From Macrostomum lignano (Eukaryota): a stretch of 64,000 bases of DNA. The position numbers and the translations under genes are program-made. Position 1 is the first letter of the stretch. Each line of letters begins with the position of its first letter. Where the stretch lies: assembly GCA_002269645.1 (NCBI GenBank), contig NIVC01000932.1, forward strand, positions 192,534 through 256,533, read 5' to 3'. Shown in pieces: positions 1 to 11,557 of the stretch. The notes below the pieces were generated by a model. It saw only the letters and a list, made by a program, of their open reading frames with translations. It ran no database searches and was not told the DNA's origin.

Positions 1-270
1 CTCGACACTCCAGATTGTATCTTGGCACCCTAGAGTCAATCTTGACACTCCAGATTGTATCTTGGCACTCTAGGGCCAAACTCTCGACACTCCAGATTGT
101 ATCTTGGCACCCTAGAGTCAATCTTGACACTCCAGATTGTATCTTGGCACCCTAATGTCAATCTTGACACTCCAGATTGTATCTTGGCACCCTAGAGTCA
201 ATCTCGACACTCCAGATTGTATTTTGACACTCTAGGGTCAAACTTGGCACACCAGATTGTATCTTGGTAC
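1..270. repeat. ~40-bp minisatellite (dimer of a 20-bp unit) in MLH1 intron 9
   Basis: Repeating atcttgacactccagattgt-atcttggcaccctagagtca. Confidence 0.9.
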
Positions 271-327
271 ATATCCTAAATTGACAACCTAGATAGCTTT
301 TTAAACTACAGCCAGGTTAAAACTTAC

Positions 328-3300
328 CTGAAATTTTTTGAGAAGAAGCGGCAGACTGAGAACATTACCATCGGAATCTATTTCCATCGAGAAGTAATCA
401 AGCAGCATCATTGACCTGAATGAGTGTGCAGTGAAAATTGGTGAATATTAAATTAAAATAGTAATGTAATACAATGATTTGCCATGATCTTTTTTTCATT
501 AGAACAATCTAGTGCGTGAATGGTACATCTAGTGGGTGAATAGCACAGCAGACTGTGTGAAGGGCACAGCAGACTGTGTGAATGGCACAGCGGAGTCTGT
601 GAATGGCACAGCAGATTGTGTAAATGGCACAGCAGAGTGTGTGAATGGCACAGCGGACTGTGTGAAACGGACAACAGACTGTGTGAATGGCACAGCAGAG
701 TGTGTGAATGGCACAGCAGATTGTGTAAATGGCACAGCAGACTGTGTGAATGGCACAGCAGACTGTGTGAATGGCACAGTAGACTGTGTAAATGGCACAA
801 CAGACTGTGTGAATGGCACAGCAGACTGTGTGAATGGCACAGCAGATTGTGTAAATGGCACAGCAGACTGTGTGAATGGCACAGCAGACTGTGTGAATGG
901 CACAGCAGACTGTGTGAATGGCACAGTAGACTGTGTAAATGGCAAAGCAGACTGTGTGAATGGCACAGCAGACTGTGTAAATGGCACAGCAGACTGTGCG
1001 AAAGGTACAACAGACTGTGTGAATAGCAAAGCAGACTGTGCGAAAGGGACAACAGACTGTGTGAATGGCACAGCAGAGTATGTGAATGGCACAGCAGACT
1101 GTGTGAATGGCACAGCAGACTGTGTGAATAGCAAAGCAGACTGTGTGAATGGCACAGCAGACTGTGTGAATGGCACAGCAGACTGTGTAAATGGCACAGT
1201 CTAGCGTGAAAATGTCACAGCAGAGTGTGTGAATGGCACAACAGATATGTGAATGGTACAGCAAAATTGTGTGAATGGCACAACAAAGTGTGTGAATCGT
1301 ACAGTCTGGTGTGTGACATTCCAAAACAGCAAACAATGCAGCAGGCACGATAGTCACCTAGACTGCAGCACGGTCAGGAACCGTTCAATCAATTGCTCAG
1401 CGCCAGCTGTGGAGCAGTCGGGCCCGGCCAGTGTCCGGTAAGCGGGGCTGGACAGCAGGGCGGTCAACAGTCGTCGCACGGGCGCCGGTTCGGACAGAGC
1501 CAGCACTTCGAAATTGCCGAAATCGCGGCACATGACCTGGTAAAAGTACTTCTCTGACAGCAGCTGCATGTTGAGCAAGAGCAGGTCGCAGTCGCACTGG
1601 GCCAGGGCCAGCCGTCTGTCGATGCAGCCAACGAAGACCAGCTTGCGGAACTGGGCGCAGAGCTCGGCGTCAGCCTGCGCCTCGACTGAGCGCTGCATTC
1701 TGAACACGCACTGCAACCTCATCACCCGCCGATGCTGGCCCGGAGACGGCGCCGCGATAGCGGCTGCAAACAGGGGGGGGGCGGTTGAAGGTCAGCTCCT
1801 CTCACAGAGAATCCAGATCCTCTTAAGCATCCCGAGACCGGCATTTGTACTCTGAATTATTTCTTGGCACTCCTAACTCTATCTTGGCACTCCTAACTCT
1901 ATCTTGGCACTCCTAACTCTATCTTGTCACTCCTAACTCTATCTTGGCACTCCTAACTCTATCTTGTCACTCCTAACTCTATCTTGGCACTCCTAACTCT
2001 ATCTTAGCACTCCTAACTCTATCTTGGCACTCCTAATCCTACCTTGTCACTCCTAACTCTACCTTGGCTCTCCTAATCCTACCTTGTCACTCCTAACTCT
2101 ATCTTGGCTCTCCTAACTCTATCTTGGCACTCCTAACTCTATCTTGGCACTCCTAATCCTACCTTGTCACTCCTAACTCTATCTTGGCACTCCTAATCCT
2201 ACCTTGTCACTCCTAACTCTACCTTGGCACTCCTAACTCTATCTTGGCACTCCTAATCCTACCTTGTCACTCCTAACTCTATCTTGGCACTCCTCATCCT
2301 ACCTTGTCACTCCTAACTCTACCTTGGCACTCCTAACTCTATCTTGGCACTCCTAATCCTACCTTGTCACTCCTAACTCTATCTTGGCACTCCTAACTCT
2401 ATCTTGGCACTCCTAATTCTACCTTGGCACTCCTAACTCTATCTTGGCACTCCTAATCCTACCTTGGCACTCCTAACTCTATCTTGGCTCTCCTAATCCT
2501 ATCTTGTCACTCCTAACTCTATCTTGGCACTCCTAATCCTACCTTAGCTCTCCTAATTATCTTTTGGCACTCTTAACTCTACCTGGGAACTTCTAGCTCT
2601 ACCTTGGCACTCCTGATTCTACCTTGGCACTCCTAACTCTACCCGGGCACTCCTAGCTCTACGTTGGCACTCTAATCCTATCTTGGCATTCCAGATACTG
2701 ACACTGGCATCGTGGATTTTACTCCTTGACAACTTGGAATCCCAGAGCATTAGTTAATGCTTAAGGACACTTGCACTTGCAGCACTCAGTGCTATTGTAT
2801 AAATAGTAGCTTAGTCTTTTCTAGTCTAACAACAGTAAGAACATCACACGTACCCGAGTGGGAGCTGCCAACTAGCTGGACTGACGTCTGTGTCGGAGAC
2901 TGCCTCACACAATCGGCGCCTTTATCTGGAAAATATGTTAAAGACTATTTACCTATAGGCCGAGAAATATATAAAAGTACAATATTAAAACTAACAAATG
3001 ATCAAAACTGTTGCGTACCAATGACGATACTCGCTGAATTAGCTGCCGTTAAGTTGGCGGCACCAAATAATGGCCTGGACTGCCGCGGTTCCCCGTCAGC
3101 ATTGTTGTCCTCATCTGGCGCTGAAAATTAAAGTTCAGCAGTGCATTCTTAAGTTAGCCTATGGCTGGTAATTTTCTCAGCTCAGGTAAGTTGAGCATCG
3201 CCGGTCCCTGAGTCAAATATCTCCGGTCCCTGAGTCAAACGTCTCCGGTCCCTGAGTCAAACACCTCCGATGCCTGAGTCAAACACCTCCGATGCCTGAG

Positions 3301-6300
3301 TCAAACACCTCCGATGCCTGAGTCAAACATCTCTGGTCCCTGAGTTAAACATCTCCGATGCCTGAGTCAAACGTCTCCGATCCCTGAGTCAAACATCTCC
3401 GATCCCTGAGTCAAACACCTCCGATCCCTGAGTCAAACATCTCCGATCCCTGAGTCAAACATCTCCGGTCCCTGAGTCAAACACCTCTGGTCCCTGAGTC
3501 AAACATCTCCGGTCCCTGAGTCAAACACCTCCGGTCCCTGAGTCAAACATCTCCCGGTCCCTGAGTCAAACACCTCCGATCCCTGAGTCAAACACATCTG
3601 ACCCTCAGTCAAACAACTCAAACCCCCAAAACTCGATCAAAACTTGACTCAAACCGACATTAATGCATCGAATATGAAACAGAAGATATCCCTTCTCAAT
3701 CTCTACTCTCGCATGTCCCCAACCATACCCTACCGAACGCCACCGCACCTTCACCGCTATCAGCGCCCAATTTGGGCCGTTTCTGTGCCGGTCCAAAGAA
3801 TGCTTCAATGTTGGTGACGCCCGGCTCAACTCGAGATCGAATAACACTCTGCGATGATGACGCGGACTGCGACAGCTGCTGCGAAGCTGCTGCCCGAGGA
3901 ACTGGCGACTGTTTCTGCTGTTGTTGCTGTTGCTCTTGCTTGTTGGATGGCAGCACTGACTGTACTAGAAAAGTCATACTCTGCCTACCAGCGGCCAGTG
4001 CTGCTACGATGCGGGATTGTATCTGTGAGATGTGCAACATTTTAGTACAAAATTTAATTATATCATTCGACACTTAAGGCCATAGACAATTGCAATACAT
4101 TCTACACTTGAAGCCATAGACAATTGCAATTAATACGACACTTGAAGCCATAGACAATTGCAATACATTCTAAACTTGAAGCCATAGACAATTAAAATAC
4201 ATTCTAGACTTGAAGCTATAGACAATTGCAATTCATTCTACACTTGAAGCCATAGACAATTGCAATACATCCTACACTTGAAGCCATAGACAATTGCAAT
4301 ACATCCTACACTTGAAGCCATAGACAATTGCAATTCATTCTACACTTAAAGCCATAGACAATTGCAATACATTCTACACTTGAAGCCATAGACAATTGCA
4401 ATTCATTCGAAACTTAAAATAATCTAATCCCCAAATAAATTACCGCATCCGCGATGGCGTCCTGATGCAGAAAGAACACCTCATGCTTGGTGGGGTGCAC
4501 ATTAACATCAACATTGTGCGGCGCAATCTGCAGGCTGACGTAGGCGAACGGCTGTGCACCTCGAGGCAGCGCCTCCGTGAATGCGGACTCCATGGCGCGG
4601 CGCAGCCGGGCGGACTCCACCAGCCGGTGGTTGATGAACAGCACTAGCTGAGTTTTGCGCCCGGCAAATGACGGTCCGGTCACAAAGGCGTCCAGACTGA
4701 ACTCCAACCGCTTGTCCTCGTGGTTCACGTGTATTAGAGCGTCGGCCGCTTCGGCACCGACCATCAGGCGAATGTTTGCGGCTACCGTGGAATCGGCTGG
4801 CGTCTTCAACGCTGTCAGACCGTCGGAGCCGGCCTTGCGAACCGACATGCCGACACGGGGATAGTGCAGCGAGTACAGGCTCACGACCTGGGTGGGGGGG
4901 GAGGATTCAGAGAAGACGTGGGGAGGTGTAGACAGTTAACAAAACATTTTTCACACCAAACCTTTCGCTCATACGTCTATCAAACGATCACGTGCGCTGA
5001 AGACGTTGCCTACTATCGAGTAGTAAGAAAAGCATGCAAAAGCAAATACGAGGGATACTCCAAAAGTTTTGCAATTCAACCACTTGCGCAAGTCGCACAA
5101 TCTTCAAAACCAACTCTCTGTACAATAAACATGTACATAGTCCCCACCTCAATTTTCAAGTGAATTCATACATATACGCCTGCTCAGCCCCCAGTCAAAG
5201 TCAGAGACCCCTTAACTGTACAGCTGCAGCCATGGAATTGAATCGTGAGCAGAATCGGCTACTAATTTGGTACTGCCACAAGCGAAAGCTCACGGCGCTT
5301 GAGACTCATGCCGAGCTACTAGCAACATTGGAGGCTCAAGCGCCGTCATATGCTACGGTTACACGCTGGTACCGCGAGTTCCAGGCCAGCAGGACCAGCT
5401 TTTCTGACGACCCCCGGCCCGGGAGACCTCCGACAGCAGTGACGGAGGAAAACATCGCTGCAGTGCAGGAGCTGATTCATCAGGATCCGCGAATCACCAC
5501 GGACATGCTAGCTATGAATGTCAGCATTGAATCGGCAGCGGTCGATACGATTCTACACGATCACCTGAGAGTCAGGAAGCTTTGTGCCCGATGGATACCC
5601 CACATCCTGACAGATGCTCAGAAACAGGCCCGCATGGAGTTCTGTCAGTTTCTCATCGATCAATATGAGCATGGGAGCCATCAGCGCCGCTCTGAGGTCA
5701 TCACTGGTGATGAGACGTTTCTCTATCATTTTGACGTCGAGACAAAGCGCAGCAGTGCAGAGTGGGTGCCGGAAGGTGGGCAACGACCCCTGAAAGCAAG
5801 GCGGTCCCGGTCCCAGGGCAAGCGGATGTTTGCCATCTTCTTCGACTCACAAGGCGTGGTGGCGATGGAGAAGCTGGAGGGTCAAGCTACAGTCACTGCT
5901 CGATGGTACACTGAAGAGTGCTTGCCAGTCGTGATCGACAGCGTGACCCAGAGGGCACCAAGGACGGGAATGCGAGGGCGGAAACTTCACCATGACAACG
6001 CCCCCGCCCATACGGCTGCTGCAACTCGAGCGTTCCTGGACCAAGAGGGCATTTCAACGCTACCACACCCGCCCTACTCACCCGACCTCGCCCCCTGCGA
6101 CTTCTGGCTCTTTCCAGAAATCAAAAAATCGCTTAGGGGGCGCAGGTTTCAGTCCGACGAGGAGCTGGAGCAGGCGGCGAAGGAGACGATTGACGGCATC
6201 CCAATTGAAGACTTCCAGGGCTTGATGAACAAGTGGCTCGGACGAGCGCACAAGTGTTTGCAGTTCCGGGGAGCCTACTTTGAAGGATTGTAATAGAAAA

Positions 6301-9300
6301 GTTAACTTTAAATAGTCGAATTGCAAAACTTTTAGAGTATCCCTCGTATTTGCGTGTGCAAAAACTTTATGAACTTCTAGCGTTTCTGCAGGTGATGTCC
6401 TGGCTCAGCGACTGAGCTACTCCAACACCTCCCATCCCTGACTCTAACACCTCCCATCCCTGACTCCAACACCTCCCATCCCCGACTCCAACACCTCCCA
6501 TCCCCGACTCCAACACCTCCCATCCCCGACTCCAACACCTCCCATCCCTGACTCCAACACCTCCCATCCCTGAGTCCAACACCTCCCATCCCTGAGTCCA
6601 ACACCTCCCATCCCCGACTCAACACCTCCCATCCCCGACTCAACACCTCCCATCCCTGACTCCAACACCTCCCATCCCCGACTCAACACCTCCCAACCCC
6701 GACTCCAACACCTCCCATCCCCGAGTCAAACACCTCCCATCCCCGAGTCCAACACCTCCCATCCCTGACTCCAACACCCCCATCCCCTACTCCAACACCT
6801 CCCATCCCCTACTCCAACACCTCCCACCTCCATTCCCGATTCCAACATCTCCGACCTCCATTCCGGACTCTTAAAAAGCCGCTGGTTGGTCCACAACGCA
6901 ACTCGCTACAAAATCTAGTGAAACTGCGCCGCTCACCTCCACAATTTTTTTGAACTCCTCAGTCGCCGATTTAAGTGTTCGCCGCCTGATGGGCACGTTG
7001 AAGAACAGGTCCTCAGCTGTGATGGTGGTGCCCTGGTTGCCTGGCACATATTTTACTGGCGCTTTCAGCTTTCCCTCGAAGTACTCGCCTCTGCGTAGTA
7101 CGGTTGTAGAAATTTAATATTGCTTGTAAATAACTGACTGCCTACTTGTGCGGTCTGCACGTGGATTTCGAAATTTTCAATTTAGTTCAAAGCGAGAAAG
7201 ACTGAAGGTTAAAAACAAAGTCTCAAATGTAAAAACTCTGCACAATAATCCTTTACCACATTGGCCTCTGACTTAAGGTCATAATGTACTTTTTTAAGTG
7301 AATCCAAGTATCGAAAGTTTCTAGAAAAAGGAGAAGCCTGATTTGAAGAGAATGAATTCGGACATCTTACCAGGTAACATGTTTCCGTCTATGCCTATGT
7401 CTATGGGCAAGACCAAGTCTACTGCTTTCAAATTAAAATTCTCAACTTGGTTGTTTTAAATATAGCAATTTGCATCTAGTTTGAACAGCGGGATTTCTAC
7501 GAGTATTTGGACGCTTGTGAAATTTACTCGTTAAAAAGGTGAAACGTTTATTTGCTAACAGGTTTGCATTTAACTTCACATGAAAGTTCTCCTTCATGAT
7601 AGGAGTCAGTCTATATGATGTACTAATGCTCCTCTTGGTAAAGCGTTGTCCGCTCTGAACATTTTTTCCAAATGTTGTACACAAATGACATCCAAGATCC
7701 TAGAAATCTCAGCCTCTGGATCACCACGCTGACAAAGCCGAGACAATATCCCTTTTTTCTCTAATAATATTTGCCTACCTGCAAATCGGATTGTCCATGA
7801 CCTTTCTGTGCTATGCTTCTCACATAGACACTTAACGAGGAAGTTTGGAGCCACAGAGTGCATGTTTTTATATCTATTATGTCCAATTAGACTGTCGCAT
7901 GTCTAACTTGATTTCTAATCAGTGTAGTTTTGCTTATGGCCATAGACTACTTTTGATTTTTGACCAAAGATCATACACAAGATGGGCCGCCACTCATTAA
8001 CCACGTATGTGGCCATAGAAGCTAATGTGAGAAACTTTGAGTATAGTGCGAAATAGTGCGAAAATCAACTACTGAACTCAATTTCGTCAGTAGTCTCTAC
8101 AATGCATGCATCATTCTTAGTTTGATTGAGTAGCTTGTTTCATTTAATTCAATTGTTTTTATGTCCCAGATTTATTAGTTTTATTTGACAGAAGCTGGCA
8201 CATATTGATTTCGAGTCAGCCATGCTTTGTGGTCATGCAATTTCGACAGACGTGTTAGCGGTATGGTGCAGTTTTGATAGCGACAGCAAGGCAGTCTTGG
8301 AGTTACATAGGCGTCTTTTTCAAAAATTTAGGTTACACAGCTTCAGTTTGTGTTGCCTTACGACGTCATAGGGTTATAGCTTCTTGTTTCAATGCGTCCA
8401 TCCAACGCTAAGCGGCAGATTAAAATTTTGGAAAATGGTGCAGAATGACATTTTGATCTAGTTGCGGAGAAAATATATGCGAGTTGCAACCACAAGCCCA
8501 ACAACACCTCGAGTTTAACATTCCAAAATGCTTTATTAGCTTGGCTGACCAAAGCAATATTCATACAGACTACTATAAAGTATTACGACTTCGATAAATA
8601 ACGGTAGGCAGTGAACAGGTAGCAGAACAAGTATCGCGGACCCCAGTCTCTCACTCTCACCTGTAAGCGCACTCAGCCTCGGCAGTTTTACTAACAATAG
8701 ACACGTGAGCAACGTGGCTAATACTGGCTAGCGCCTCGCCGCGGAATCCGTGCGTATTTAGCGAGCGCAGATCGGTGAAAGCCGCCAGCTTGCTAGTGGT
8801 GAATCGTTCGCAAACAATGGGCATATCGTCGAAACGGATGCCGCAACCGTTGTCAATGATTTGCAACAGCTTATTGCCGCCATCGCGAGCAATTATCTGC
8901 GTTTTTAATAGTCGGACGAAATAACTGATTGTGATTTTGAGACAGAGATGAACTAAAAATGAAGAATATATTTTACTTTTAGTAGCTTAGACTAGATAGT
9001 GTATATATACCAGTCCTTCAATGTAGAGCCACCGCTACCCTCTCCCAGTCCTTCAATGTAGAGCCACCGCTACCCTCTCCCAGTCCTTCAATGTAGAGCC
9101 ACCGCTACCCTCTCCCAGTCCTTCAATGTAGAGCCACCGCTACCCTCTCCCAGTCCTTCAATGTAGAGCCACCGCTACCCTCTCCCAATCCTTCAATGTA
9201 GAGCCACTGCTGCCCTCTCCCATTCCATCAATAGAGAATCACCGCCAAATTTCTCTCCAAAAAATCACTACTCAAAAACCTACAACTTCAATTGCAGGTA

Positions 9301-9495
9301 CCAATGCAAAGCACACATATGGTAAATCGAGCACACCTGTACAAGTGTTGACCCAGCATCGATGCTATTCTCTAGCAGCTCTTTTACAGCGTTAAATGGA
9401 CGTTGAATGACTTCGCCAGCAGCAATGCGATTCACAACAGTTTCATCTAGCCGTTGGATTCGGGGTAGACTGTCTGGGGCCTGTTGTTCCAACAT
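328..9495 (-). CDS. MLH1: DNA mismatch repair protein MLH1 (spliced; 3' end continues beyond window start)
   Basis: Exons (minus): 9495-9337, 8896-8661, 7090-6937, 4887-4444, 4022-3734, 3120-3031, 2925-2854, 1763-1358, 415-328; all GT-AG with matching phases (0,2,0,0,1,1,1,2,0). MutL motifs [65 protein letters not shown]; C-terminal [35 protein letters not shown]. Confidence 0.95.
530..1310. repeat. 21-bp minisatellite in MLH1 intron 8
   Basis: Unit gactgtgtgaatggcacagca; explains the 7-aa-periodic ORFs at 453-1357. Confidence 0.95.
1861..2700. repeat. 20-bp minisatellite in MLH1 intron 7
   Basis: Unit atcttggcactcctaactct, about 40 copies. Confidence 0.95.
3199..3610. repeat. 22-bp minisatellite in MLH1 intron 5
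   Basis: Unit ctccggtccctgagtcaaacat. Confidence 0.95.
4068..4413. repeat. 34-bp minisatellite in MLH1 intron 4
   Basis: Unit cacttgaagccatagacaattgcaatacattcta, about 10 copies. Confidence 0.95.
5049..6346 (+). mobile_element. Full-length mariner (Tc1/mariner, D,D34D) transposon in MLH1 intron 3
   Basis: 29-bp TIRs cgagggatactccaaaagttttgcaattc (5049-5077) and gaattgcaaaacttttagagtatccctcg (6318-6346), 1 mismatch; TA duplication at 5047-5048 and 6347-6348; 1298 bp. Confidence 0.96.
5232..6293 (+). CDS. Mariner transposase, 353 aa, uninterrupted
   Basis: ATG at 5232 (MELNREQNR); N-terminal HTH region, WIPHIL linker, [29 protein letters not shown]; 34 residues between 2nd and 3rd Asp. Confidence 0.95.
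   Translation: MELNREQNRLLIWYCHKRKLTALETHAELLATLEAQAPSYATVTRWYREFQASRTSFSDDPRPGRPPTAVTEENIAAVQELIHQDPRITTDMLAMNVSIESAAVDTILHDHLRVRKLCARWIPHILTDAQKQARMEFCQFLIDQYEHGSHQRRSEVITGDETFLYHFDVETKRSSAEWVPEGGQRPLKARRSRSQGKRMFAIFFDSQGVVAMEKLEGQATVTARWYTEECLPVVIDSVTQRAPRTGMRGRKLHHDNAPAHTAAATRAFLDQEGISTLPHPPYSPDLAPCDFWLFPEIKKSLRGRRFQSDEELEQAAKETIDGIPIEDFQGLMNKWLGRAHKCLQFRGAYFEGL
6410..6870. repeat. 22-bp minisatellite in MLH1 intron 3
   Basis: Unit ccaacacctcccatccctgact. Confidence 0.95.
9010..9232. repeat. 35-bp minisatellite in MLH1 intron 1
   Basis: Unit cagtccttcaatgtagagccaccgctaccctctcc, about 6 copies. Confidence 0.95.
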
Positions 9496-10635
9496 CTTTA
9501 CACTAAACAACTTCTAAAATGTTTAAATAGCTTGAAGGCTGCAAAAAGGTATATTGGAATAAATTCTTAAAAATTATATTTACTAGCACAAAAAGTTCCT
9601 TTGGCAATATCTCCATAGTAAAACAAACAAATAAGTTTTAAAATATATTTTTGTTCAAAAGTAGGATAATTTTTAGAGCAATGGAAAAATCAAGAAAAAA
9701 TTACTCATCTCTAACTTTTATGCATTTCTTTGATACTAGAGTATTAGATAGCCAGATTATTAGGTAGATAATACTAGATTTGCCATTTGCCAACCTTGAA
9801 AAAATGCCTACCAACTATTTTCAATCTTTTTGCCACAGTTAAAATTTATAAACAGCCAAGTTTAAATTATTAACATAAGTCCTTTAGAAGTACTAGCTGT
9901 TAACTAGTATTATTACTAGTACTATAGTACTACTTAAAATATGCTAAAAAACTTTGTTTGGTGATAAAAAATGACCATCAGCATAGTTTATGCTCTGACT
10001 ATATGTTCAGTTGTTTTAGAATTCATAAACAGCTATATGAAAAATATAGAACTAAAAGTTTGAAAAATATTGCTTTATGCAGCTTTGTCCTATCTATTAT
10101 AGTTCAAAAGTTACAAGTGCTTAAAGTTCAAAAACATAATAAGACCCTCTTGTGGAATGACCCTATAACAATATGGCATTTTTAATTCAATTTCAATTAA
10201 TTTTCAATGAAAATATATAATTTTATGTATAATATAATTTATATCTTAAAGAAAAATATTTAAAAGTACAATAGCATATAGATTAGATTAAATGTCCAAA
10301 CAAATTATTATGATAGGCTCTATTAATTTTTATCTAGGTCTAGTTATTCAAAACAAAGTTGATACATATTGCTATATAGGAAGCTATAAAACTAGTTATA
10401 AAGAAAAATTTTTAAATGTTATCTTGATGCCTCTTTTTAGCTATTTATATATGAGATTTTTTTGTAGAAAAGTCAATGAACAAAAATCAATAAAAAATAA
10501 AATATTTCAAATGTAACAATTGACTGAAACAGATGATAATCAATTTTAAAAATATCTCTAGAATTTTTATTTGATAAACTTGATAAAACTTTGATAAAAT
10601 TTGATTATGAAAAAAATATTCAATGCATTCATATG

Positions 10636-10806
10636 CAACCTTGGGAATCACTTAGCCATTTCTATTAGCAACACACGCAACGTCGCAACATGCATGTAAG
10701 TCGCTATAGGTTAAAAGCAGTCACATGACTAGGCCTACTATTTTGTCTAATAGTGACATACATGTATGTGTTGCCAATAGAAATGGCCAAGTGAATCCCA
10801 AGGTTG
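10636..10806. mobile_element. MITE-like element, 171 bp, ~39-bp terminal inverted repeats
   Basis: caaccttgggaatcacttagccatttctattagcaacac matches the reverse complement of gtgttgccaatagaaatggccaagtgaatcccaaggttg with 3 mismatches; no coding capacity. Confidence 0.7.
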
Positions 10807-11138
10807 TGCCCAAGCATGATTCAATAAATTAAAATAAAATTTAACTTTAAACAAATTATTTAGATTAGGCGCCTAGTTCATGCAACTCTGAACCAATACT
10901 ATAGAAGTTTAGTAGAAATTTAATATGATTATTAGGCCTATTATATCTCTTTTTATAGGACAATTTTAATTTATACAATAGAGATTATAAGGCTTAGAAT
11001 GATACAGAAATTTATAAGACCAAAGACTATTTAATAGCTCATATTAGACTAATCATATAGTTATAATATTCTTAGTAACTTAAAAAACCTTTAAATTTTT
11101 TTAATACATTGGTATATAGGTATATTGGTATATATATT

Positions 11139-11557
11139 GAGACCTGGACGCTGACAGACTTGCTCGAGGCTCAAGTCGACGCGGCGCATGCTGGCCTGCT
11201 GCGTGCCGCCTTCAAGATCGGCAACGAGCGAGTCACCAACACGGCGCTCTATCATCGCACCAGCCTGGCCCGTCCTAGCGATCTGCTGCGCCGTCGGCGA
11301 CTCTAGCTGGCAGGCCACGTCATCCGCGCCGAGGCCTACTGTCCGGAGCCGATGCAGGAGGTGCTGCTACTTACGTTGCAGGCACCCTACCGGCGGGGAC
11401 AGGCGAGGACTTGGCGCTACGTCGACTGTCTGCTGGCTGACACCGGCGCCCCGGACTCTGCCGGCGGTGCGGCTTTTGTTCGCGCCCAAGCTTTGAAGTG
11501 CGCCATCTGACGCTGCTTTTGTGAACTGGCAGCAGACTCTGTTGTTGTTGTTGTTGT
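11139..11557 (+). mobile_element. 5'-truncated RTE-like LINE 3' end with (GTT)n tail
   Basis: Translates ETWTLTDLLEAQVDAAHAGLLRAAF...DLLRRRRL*LAGHVIRAE...YVDCLLADTG...KCAI*, typical of RTE-group ORF C-termini; internal TAG at 11304-11306; gttgttgttgttgt tail at 11540-11557. Confidence 0.8.

Noticed and set aside
453-1357. Long periodic ORFs on both strands, and likewise at 18496-19792, 33592-35230, 37659-40856, 44518-45641, 48205-48906 and 50531-51952
   Set aside because: Translations of tandem repeats lying in introns or 3' regions; periodicity equals unit length; no unique sequence.
1861-6870. CRISPR-like appearance of 20-35-bp repeats
   Set aside because: No unique spacers, no cas genes, eukaryotic intronic context.
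328-9495. Idea that satellite overload reflects a defective MLH1
   Set aside because: All nine visible exons are intact with conserved ATPase motifs; nothing in the sequence supports loss of function.
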